Shown here one piece after another: positions 53,890-63,850 of a stretch of DNA of 63,850 bases. The position numbers and the translations under genes are program-made. This DNA comes from Octopus bimaculoides (lineage: Eukaryota). The notes below the pieces were generated by a model, which had not been told where the DNA came from, made no database searches, and was given only the letters and a program-made list of their open reading frames with translations. The DNA lies in contig NC_068983.1 in NCBI RefSeq assembly GCF_001194135.2, positions 138,749,126 to 138,812,975 on the forward strand. Reading direction: 5' to 3'. Each line of letters opens with the position of its first letter. Positions within the stretch are counted from its first letter, which is position 1.

Positions 53890-54960
53890 AAAAAGAGACC
53901 GTAGTCATACTGTAAACTGTATCATGACAATGTACCCATGTTTTCATCAACGTGATACTGATATCACACTGAAGTTTCAGATGTGTTATTCCTTATCGAG
54001 TATAGCTTAACTCTATCAACTGCAATGCCTGCCAATGCCATTATTGCTCCACAGAGAATGTGCCAACGCCTTTAGATGTCACTCAAGAGTTTCTTTATCC
54101 AATGTGTGTATCCTAGACGTTGACAGTGCGATCGGTTTCCTGACAAATTAGAAGGGGACCGTGAAGAGGCGATTTCAGAGCGTATTTTCCCTCCTTCTCA
54201 ATTATCTCCCCGTTCTACATATTGATTCCTCTTTGCTAAGGTACTGTGTTCTGCTTTCAGATTTTATCCAGATCTTTCCCAGGCTTTGAATCTCAAAATT
54301 TGATTCTGATACAGTCTTCATTTGTTGTTTTTAGATTAATTTTCTTCCTCCTTATGTATCTCATGCTGTCGCCTTGATTTATAGGGTATTTTAATTCTTA
54401 GCAAGTCTACTCAAACGACAGCCCTACAAAATGCATAAAAATATCACCAAAGGTAGTTAGTTTCTGCACAAAAGTGCCCCTTCCTTTTATCTCATCCACT
54501 TTGTGAAGTAACACTTCGTTTATTCCCGCACTTTCTGTTTTTGAGCTTGCGAGTTTTAAATTGAGCTTCTGCATATGTTATCAAAGTTCATTTTCATCAG
54601 CAGTATGAATGTCATTAGCACTGTCGTATGGCACCTGGTCATTATCGGCCGACTTCTTCGTACAAAAGTGCGCTGCTACAATTAAATTAGAGCTTTAAAA
54701 CTCCTATATTTTCTCCTGTCAATTTTCATGCCCATTCATTTCACAGGCGCCTAAGATTACTAGTTGCTATTTACTTACGCCCCAGTGTGCATATCCAAGT
54801 GAAATACGAATGTCGTTTTGGATGCAACTGTCAGTTACTCTTCCAGTTGACGCTGAGAGCAGTTATTTATTTCTCTCAGTTTGATGGCGTTGAAGAAAGG
54901 GAAGGATGTGGAGCAGATACTCATCAAGTCTCGCCCATATCACTTCCGAGTTATTCCCTG
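53890..54960 (-). mobile_element. Highly decayed LINE (probably RTE) RT region
   Basis: Minus-strand fragments resemble GVRQGC.LSP.LFN, YADD-like (YAHW or TADE), INLKTT, QYLS, and IRSEIA in the expected order. Many stops. Confidence 0.45.
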
Positions 54961-55103
54961 GATCTCAATGATGATATATATCCATATACTATATAAAGTC
55001 AAGATGAACTTACATGTACCACACTTCGGTAATACATGGCCGTAACTTCGAAATCACAGTCAATACTATTTTTATTATAGAATGATACATATATGTATAT
55101 ATG

Positions 55104-55497
55104 TTCTTTTTTTCTTTTACTTATTTCTGTCATCTGACTATGGCCATGCTGGAGTATCGCCTGTAATCGAACAAATCGACCTCTGGACTTATTCTTTGTA
55201 AGCCTAATACTTATTCTATCGATATCTATTACCGGACAGCCAAGTTATGGAGATAAAAACACACCAGCATCCGTTGTCAAGCGATGGTGGGGTAAGAAAT
55301 ACATACATAAAAATACACANNNNNNNNNNATATATATATACGACGGGCTTCTTTAAGTTTCCGTCAACCAAATCGACTTACAAGGCTTTGGTCAGCCGGA
55401 GGCTATAGTAGAAGACGCTTGCCCAAGTTGCCACACGGTGGAACTGAACCCGGAACCATGTGGTTGGGAAGTAAGCTTCTTACCACACAGTCACGCG
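55104..55497 (-). mobile_element. SINE family A, complete copy with tRNA-like head
   Basis: Minus strand GTGACTGTGTGGTAAGAAGC (A-box-like) and GGGTTCAGTTCC (B-box). A CORE-like GCAACTTGGGCAAG, the body and the TAAAAG-type tail follow. An N gap lies at the internal microsatellite. Confidence 0.92.
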
Positions 55498-55771
55498 TGT
55501 AGAAATGAGTTAGCAGAACATTCCACTGTTACATATATGTTCCTACACGTAAGTTAGACATGCGATATATTGGCATGGCACTCTATAAATTTCAAATGAA
55601 ATTATGCGTCAAATGTTTTAGGTAAGTCTATTCTCTTGTTCTATATTTGAGAGATGGGGAATTATGTACATTATGTACATAACTGAATTTCTTTTGTCTA
55701 TGTCTTTTTTTTTTTTTGCAATAGCTAGAAAAAAAACACTCATTACAATGTTAAATAATTACGAGGACATG

Positions 55772-55798
55772 ACTGCTGACCCACCGTAGCACTGGTCA
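55772..55798 (-). mobile_element. Possible Helitron 3' terminus remnant
   Basis: Minus strand TGACCAGTGCTACGGTGGGTCAGCAG|T: a TGACC/GGTCA hairpin next to a degenerate CTAG|T end. Confidence 0.3.
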
Positions 55799-56109
55799 AG
55801 TGCATGTTATAATTATAGGTCGCTGGAAACGGCAATAAAAATAAAAACAAAGGATTAGCGATAAACGTGTACGAAAAACAACTTTCCGAGACCGTAAAAA
55901 AAGAAAAAATAAATAAATAAAATAAACAAATAATGATCTTGGCGGAAATCTTACCTTCTCAATAAAAAGCCTGAAATCCAATATGACATAATAAAACAAT
56001 AATTGGTTATAATTTTCTAATGTAATTCTCTATAGAAAAATATATTTTCCTTAACGGAACGAATCTGGGATGCAATTTCGCATCCTAGGCTAAAGTAAAG
56101 TTTACTTAC

Positions 56110-56372
56110 AGCATTACTTTTTGAAGCTTGAGATGTGTTACATTTACTTCCAATACTAAGCATGCGAGGCTGTCATAAACTCAATTGTGTTCACTACTAG
56201 GGTCGGGTCACTAAGACGAGCAATTTGAAAGTCAGTTTGTTTGACTCCATAGGAACTAAGCCATGTAGTTTGGGACTGAAATCACTTGGATTAGTTCGTA
56301 CCCTGGCACCTGCGGCAGCGTCACAATACAAGCCATTATTTCTCTGATCGACGTTCCAGCATACTATCCATC
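56110..56372 (-). other. Candidate internal exon (263 nt), probably non-coding/UTR
   Basis: Minus-strand acceptor ...ATTTTGTCGCAAATTTCAG|G and donor GCT|GTAAGT. GC-richer unique sequence. All three frames contain a stop before the donor. Confidence 0.3.
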
Positions 56373-56915
56373 CTGAAATTTGCGACAAAATATAAATTTT
56401 TTGTTGTTGTTGTTCTTTAACCGAAACTATATTTTTGAAACAAACATGTTCCGTCAGATGCAGTGACTTAACATCATGATTTATCTTGACAGTTCTAAAG
56501 AGACAGAATGATTTATGTCCACTGATTATATAGTGTATTTGTTATATGATTGTTTGTTTGTGATTCTAACCTGTCTTCTAACATATTCAATACAGATTTT
56601 TAACTGTAGAATTGATACATCTTAATAATATTCATGACATCGTATTTTCCCAAATGTAAATGTAATCCGATTTTGATTCCTTGTAGGGAATTATTTATGT
56701 AGGTTGCATAGTTATCGCTAGGTAATATTCAGAAAAGAAGGAGGCCGACTTTGTATATTCATAAATTGTTAGACGTCTCACGTCTCTGTCAATTCAATCA
56801 TTGTGCCTCCATATAAACACTCACACATACATAAAAACACATATACGTTGACAAACACACGACCACGCACATATTCATACATATACACATGCGCGTAAAC
56901 ACGCACTCAAACACA

Positions 56916-56985
<70 letters not shown>

Positions 56986-58926
56986 TATTTCCATACACAT
57001 ATAGAAATACACATATATATATAGAGAGAGAAAGAGAGAGACGTTTATGTTTTCGAAGAGTAGCCAATATATGAAGCATAATATATGTGTGTGTGTTTTG
57101 TATTTGTATGTATATAGTGATACAATCCATTGCTATTCGAAGTTTCAGATATTCGAAGTCTTCGGTGAGAAGATTTATATCATGTCATGGGTGAAGGTTT
57201 CTTTTCGTACAACGTTTCCATTTTTATTTATAACTTTTTATTCAAAATTATACACATCGTAACTAACTACGAATGCGCAGAATTTCTCAATTGATCTCCG
57301 TAGAACTGCATTTTGTAATAGCCATTCACTATAATAGATTTTATTATAGTAGTGCAGCACAAAATAGACCTAACGTGTAAAATATTCAACCACAGGACCT
57401 ACATTCGGTAGGAGAATAGACTTATTTACATTATTTACAGTGATGGTTATTTGTCCTCATCTTGATTGTAGTTAACATAACATTTCGGCTAATTTACTCT
57501 CCAGCCTTTATCAGTTGTGCTGGTGTGCTGAATTTCGAACCTGGGTTCTCATTGCTAACGTATTTTTCTGATGTTCGCTATGCGTATAAATATTTCATAG
57601 AAAATTATCATTGATTTTAGAATTGGATAGTGAAATCTTTACTCTATAACACTGAATTGAAGTTTTGTAATAACTTCGTTTTCCTTCTATGTATACGATT
57701 TAAAAGAAGTTGATATAAGAGGATGTGTTGGTTAAACCGTTTCAAACACATTACAGAAAATAATATTAACAAAATTACTAAAACAATGTAGTATTAATGT
57801 CTATATGGTTTGGTGCATTTTCGACAGATTTATCGGTCTATTATATTTACGTCGAGAATATTTGAGTTGAATAATACTGCATTTCCTGGTGATTCGGCCA
57901 GGAAATGAAATGCGACGCACCTATTATACATCCCGATTTTTTTCTATTATGCAGATGCACAACAAAATATTATATATATTTATATACTAACGAAGTACTA
58001 GTACTTTAATGTTCGACGGATAATGGGAACACGTGAAAATTAAGACTCAACGAGGTTTTCGTCTGTTCAGTTCTAAATATTACACGAAGTAGCCACACGA
58101 ACCATTGTTAAGGTGTGGATGTTACATTCCTCAACTGATATGAATGAATAAAATTATCTTAGAAAGAATTCTTTAGTATTTATTGATTAACTTTATTAAT
58201 CAGTTTTAGAATCTTGTATAATATGGGAAACTATTTATCACCAATGTGGGTAGAGCATTGAATATTACCCAACATAAAAAATAATATAACGTTGTTACAC
58301 GTCAAGTATTTGATTTTAACCAGGAATAATTTTCAACGGATGGAATTAAATTCTGCAGAAAGATTCAGTTTATTGGTTAAAAATGAGTTTCTAATCAAGC
58401 TTTGTTTTCATGTTCTCCAAAACTGTAGATAGTATAGGCAGTAAACATTTCAAAATTGGAAACTTTTAAATTCAACCGTGTTCGGTTTTCAGGGCATAAT
58501 AAATTAATTTAAAATTTCAAGAAGTTGATGACATGTACTTTTGGAAGACAATTTAAAACCTACGGTGTATAAATATTTAAGAGGAAGAGAAGATACATGT
58601 ATTTTCTATGTATACATCTATGTATACATAGATAGATAGACAGATAGATAGATAATCAAAGGACATACAAAGTATGTCTTCCTGCTTCAAATCACAGTGA
58701 AAACTCTTATAATCGTATTGACCTCTATTTCCAGTAGGTAGACATACATACTTTGTATGTCCTTTGAGCAATTTTAATCCCTCCGCTATTTAATGCTTCT
58801 TGGGCCTGCAATCACCTATATAATTGACTCTGTTATTATTACTTTTAATTGTTACACGAGATAATAATAGAGTCAATAATATCTTCGAAAATATTTCTCC
58901 TGAATCTTTTGCTCCGTATTATATAC

Positions 58927-58966
<40 letters not shown>

Positions 58967-61082
58967 NNNNNNNNNNCATATTATTAAGGTCAAATTTTAG
59001 TTATTCGCGAGAAATGTTACGCTTCATTACTAATATAGTTCACAACCAAATTGCATGCGTTTTTTATTTAGCGCTGACGGTGCAGTTTTAAGCTACATTC
59101 TGAGATAAAATAATTGAAATTTGGTTCATTAGAAAAAAGTTGGATCAAAATATGGAAAACTAAAGTGAAAAATTAACTTCGAAAAAAGTTAAAATTAATT
59201 AGGTTTAATAGAATGTGCTCATTCCAAAGAATCTTTTGATGAATATCTCGTTAAAAAGTATTAGCAAGTAAAAACATTGTGTGACTTTAAGTAACCACTA
59301 AAAATGGTTGTTAATGAAAACTATGCAATAGTGGTACTAAAACGAAAGATCTTTACGAGAGGAATCTTATGGTGAAAATCGTGTCAAAAACTATTAGCTG
59401 CAACAAATTGGTTCGCGATCAACAATAGGCGATCATGTTAACAAATTGATTTTTGTCCGTTTAAGATATTTAGCGTTATAAAAGATGGTATCGGATGTCA
59501 TGGGTTGCTTACCTTAATGGTATTGAGCATTTAACAGGAGTGCATGGGGCACAGCGCTCGACACTCTAGCGGCTTGCCGGGCACTTTTTTTTTCCTGTTT
59601 TGTAAAGGTATTTAGCCAATCGTTTATGGTGATATCTCCTCTGTTCTTCGTTCAAAGTTTACTTCAAATGCAAGAGCTCTATGAGAAGAATTTTATGGTG
59701 AAAGACAGTCAAGAAATACTAGCTACAAAAGAAGTTGAGTCGCTTTAAATGACGATAAAACGGTGATGATCTTATGAAATCAAATTATTGTTTGTCTTTC
59801 TGAAAGCAAAAGTACTAATATTTGAACTCAAATAAAAGAGTTCATCCAGACGAATATTTTAAAGAAAACCAGTTTAAAGATAAGAAGAATAAAAAATAGG
59901 TACGACATTCTTGCGATTTCATATTAATTTTTTTTTACGCTGAATATGTATTAAAATATCTACATATTAAAAACATATTGAAATAGAAATGTAACATTCG
60001 AAAAACTAATTATCAATTATTCAATTAGAATATAAAATTATCTTACAAAAAAAAAATTGTCTGAAAATATATTTGTAACAGATTTCCTGCTATTAATACT
60101 TCGTTATTTATTTGTGCAAACAAAATTTCTGTTTGAACAAAATGCATATCTACAACATATTTACAATGCTATCAGTTTTTTTAAAATTATGAACGTACGT
60201 ATAATTAATCATAATGACAGAGCGTTCCCTGAAGAAAAAAATGGACTCGAATAAAAAATGCAAGTTCAGTATCCTAGAATATTCTTAAGAATTGAACCTC
60301 GAAGAGAACAGAACAAGAAGCGAGAATTAAAACATTGGTGCTGAGGTTAGAATTTGCTAAAAAAATTTCTGAAATTATTCATGAAGTAGTGTGATCTGTT
60401 TTATTTATGTTTTTTTGGCATTTTATTGCTAGTTTAAAAAATTTAAGTTAGTATTTTTTACTTAAAAATCATATGTATTAAGCTAAAATATTTCTGTTAT
60501 TTTTAGTATTATATTATTTTAAAACATAAAAAAAAAACCAATTTATCTAAAACTTTTAAATCACCGATATTGTGTTACAAAATTAAACTCATGTAGACTA
60601 TATGTAATTCAAAAGAGTAAAAAAATGAAGAAAAAATTATTTTTTTAAATAAACAAAACAATTTCTCTGAAGTTTCCATTATCAGATAACAAAGAATTTT
60701 CTATTTACCATTAGAAAATTATTTTTTTTAAATGAACAAATTGAGCGCAAAATATAGAAATGGTTCTCTAACTTATGGGTTATAATTGCCAATTTTGCTT
60801 AAATTTCTATTCAGCGATTTTTTAAAAATATATAAATTTGTAATATGAAATGTTTAATGTATAAACTTGCAGGTGATTAGCATTTTCATAAAAATTGAAA
60901 ATAAATAGTTTCTTCAGTGTTTTAATGCAAAGAAAGAGGATTAGCAAAATTTTAGTATTTAAATTCTAATTTCAGCAGGTTCCATGCTTAAGAATATTCT
61001 AGACTTCTGCTGCCGCACTTTTCATTCTTTTGTGTGTNNNNNNNNNNNNNNNNNNNNNNNNNNNNNNNNNNNNNNNNNNNNN

Positions 61083-61127
<45 letters not shown>

Positions 61128-61789
61128 GGGATAAAATCCAAATTTACAGGTAAAAACCCAATTAAATTCAATTTATTAAAAATTAAAATTAAATTAAGTT
61201 TCACAGTATAAAATATATATAGAAATGTTATTAATTAAGTGGCCAGCAAGTCCACAACCTTACCGGCACAATTTAAGAAAAATTGGGATACAATGGTGTT
61301 TATATTACCAGTTGCTAAGTTCAGAGCCAAGACTCGAAAGTTTCCAAATACTCACAATAAAGACACACACGGGCAATGCAATGAGCATATGAGAAATATG
61401 CTTACCTTTGCGTTGAATACATTACTAAGTAGTGTATATTTCAATACCAATTGATTTCACCCTCTGTATGACGAACATACTTTGGGATCTTCAGTTGAAA
61501 TTAACATTTTAACATCTATTTCTAAACTTTTCACTAATTTAGCTCATGCGTGTTTCTTTATGCTCATATATATTTAAATGATAAACTTCTAGGAAGTTAG
61601 AAAATTTTCGAACGGGAATTTGGCAGCGTCACCTCTAGCTGAACAATTATTCTTTGCTGATGAAAGGAAATAAGCAGGAAATCGCGATAGACAGATGTTG
61701 TTTTGAGCTGAGTGTGGGTGCTAGATTCCCTTGTTCGAAAGTATAAGGACACAGGTCATGTCGTATAGCGAGGTGGAGACGATGTCTCC

Positions 61790-62310
61790 TGGGGCTAAAT
61801 TACGGCAACATTCGTCCTAAACCAGGGCTGCCATATTATGTTGGCAAATAATTCTAGGAAGTTTTACCGATTTTTACAGTTCTAGTGATGGGTTGGATCT
61901 GTAGTCTTCTAATTAGCTTTCTCCTTTCTAGTTCTGCGAAGCCTAATTTCTCAAGATTGGTATTTAATCAGGGCCCCAATATTTACAGGTATAAACCTGA
62001 ACTTGTTATCTGGATAAAGTAATTGCAGATTTCTCAATAGTTCAGTAGAGGTGTTCTCTTTTTTCACTGATCGTCAGCTTTATGTTAACATCCGCTGGGC
62101 AGTTAATTTCTACAACTGTGCACAGTTTCTCTTCTCTATTCCAAATCATTATATCATGTCTGTTGTGCTTACATTTTATTGAGATCTTTACTAGTACATT
62201 CCACCTGTATTCCTTTCTATTACGAATGGTTATGGCTCCTACCATATTGGAGTTTGTTATTTCTTTGTCTCCGGGATTCACCTTCCGACGGATATCATTA
62301 TAGTCTCCTA
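61790..62310 (-). mobile_element. RLE-type (R4/Dong-like) retrotransposon 3' fragment, third lineage
   Basis: YRWNVLVKISIKCKHNRHDIMIWNREEKLCTVVEINCPADVNI..EK, then frameshifted YTELLRNLQLLYPDNKFRFIPVNIGAL and RRLQIQPITRTVKI: RLE PD-(D/E)xK region and C-terminus. Confidence 0.8.
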
Positions 62311-62892
62311 ATTACAAGTATGTATGTATGTTTGAAAACATTACATAAAAATAAAATAATTAAAAAGATATTTTAAATGTTATCAAGTAGTTAGAAACAA
62401 CCATTTCGAAGAATGTTAACAACGTTCGTGGAAGAAGTTTGCATAGAATGTTTATTTTACGTGTAGTGTGTATTTTTGTGTTAGCGCATTCGTTGTTCAG
62501 CTTTTCAATCACACGTGTTCCTGGCTAATACGTAAAGGTTAATTTGTTTTCAGTAAATGTATTGACTACTTCCGGTTTAATTTCGGAGTTAGAATTTTTA
62601 TAAAACAATTTACTTTTGCCTTACGTAGTTGACAATCGTCATGTGTATTTTGTACAAAGGGAATGTTTTGATTTTACCATTTGCACAAATATTGAGATGT
62701 GTACTACATAGAAAATTTCCCAAAAATTAATCTTCATTTTGCACATTTGCACATTTGCACGGATGGTTATTTTTTATTCTCGTTACATTAAGGGAATGTG
62801 ATGTAGTGAAATTTGTATTTTTGTTTTTCAGTACTCGTTTGAATCCAGTTGTAATAACTTTGCATTCTAAAGCCGTTAAGTTATTTCTTGTT

Positions 62893-63002
62893 CAGTTATT
62901 TCACATGTCCCACAACGAAGGACTCCACAGTTTGTTACCTGTATTATCAGTTATTTCACATGTCCTACAACGAAGGACTCCATAGTTTGTTACCTGTATT
63001 AT
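62893..63002 (+). repeat. 55-bp tandem duplication (2 copies, 2 mismatches)
   Basis: CAGTTATTTCACATGTCC(C/T)ACAACGAAGGACTCCA(C/T)AGTTTGTTACCTGTATTAT occurs twice back to back. Confidence 0.95.
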
Positions 63003-63850
63003 GGCTTTCTCCGATATGAATCTCAACTTTGTTTAGAAGTCTTCTGAGATTTGGTGGCGATCTTCGACTGCTGATTTGTGATTTTTAAATATTTGTCGGA
63101 GATTCCATGAGTGCATTATAGCTAGGAGGTATCATTTGCTATAAATAGAATTATGGATGACTACAAAAGAAATATTTATACCTGTATTTTTGTTGTCGCC
63201 ATCAGTGTAAGTGTTTCTCCGTAAGACAGAAATAGGGATTCCCTCTTGCATTATGGAATGATTTATGATGGATATTTTTGTTTTATAAAATGACACTTTT
63301 AGTTCTACAAACACACACACGCACAAACACAGACAGACAGACAGACAAATAGGCAGACAAACAGACAGACAGATAAACACACACACACACACACACAAGT
63401 AACATTTGATGGACAGGTCTCAATCCATTACAGCCGTTTCTTACACATTTTTAATTGATCAATGAGAACAATGTATCATTATAAAAATCCATTTTCTTCC
63501 GATGAATACATGAATCTTACAAACAAGGACATTTAAAATAATTTAAAATGATTCAAAGTCCACAGTACGAAATATTATTTTTGTGACTCTACAACTGTCT
63601 CATTTATTAATTAAATGATTGGAATAGAAACACCTGTAACGAATTGACACCTGTCTATGAATTTTCACTTGCTTATTTGTAATTTATAATTTCCGTATTC
63701 TTTATAATTGTTTGAGATATACATATATATATATATACACACACACACGCACACACACATACATATATACATACATACATACATACATACATACACACAC
63801 ACATATATATATACATACACACACATATATATATAAGTATATGTATAAGT

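Noticed and set aside
54775-54960. Minus-strand GTAAGT donor with an upstream CAG
   Set aside because: It lies inside the decayed LINE RT region and has stops in the relevant frames; more likely chance sites.
55440-55497. tRNA-like A/B boxes
   Set aside because: This is the head of a SINE with no cloverleaf or acceptor stem; not a tRNA gene.
59340-59710. Two similar about 45-bp segments (..TTATGGTGAAA..)
   Set aside because: Probably decayed DNA-transposon fragments; no termini or family can be supported.

Overview
AT-rich, microsatellite-dense eukaryotic DNA with about a dozen large N gaps. The repeat content (two tRNA-derived SINE families, RTE, R4/Dong and Penelope retroelements, mariners) looks like an octopus/coleoid cephalopod genome; this assignment is my inference. 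I see no intact host gene. Nearly all ORFs in the track are microsatellite or N-gap artefacts, or decayed transposon fragments. Elements I can support: four R4/Dong-type RLE retrotransposon copies (one near full length, one sitting inside (TAA)n on both sides), three RTE LINE remnants (one lacking its whole RT domain), two Penelope GIY-YIG remnants, a decayed Penelope-type minimal hammerhead ribozyme, three mariners and many SINE copies. The most unusual structure is an 872-bp TA-flanked element built from two head-to-head mariner 5' ends, giving about 270-bp inverted arms. A few unique stretches with strong splice signals may be exons of a long host transcript. I cannot demonstrate a previously undescribed system from the sequence alone; the findings are testable candidates.
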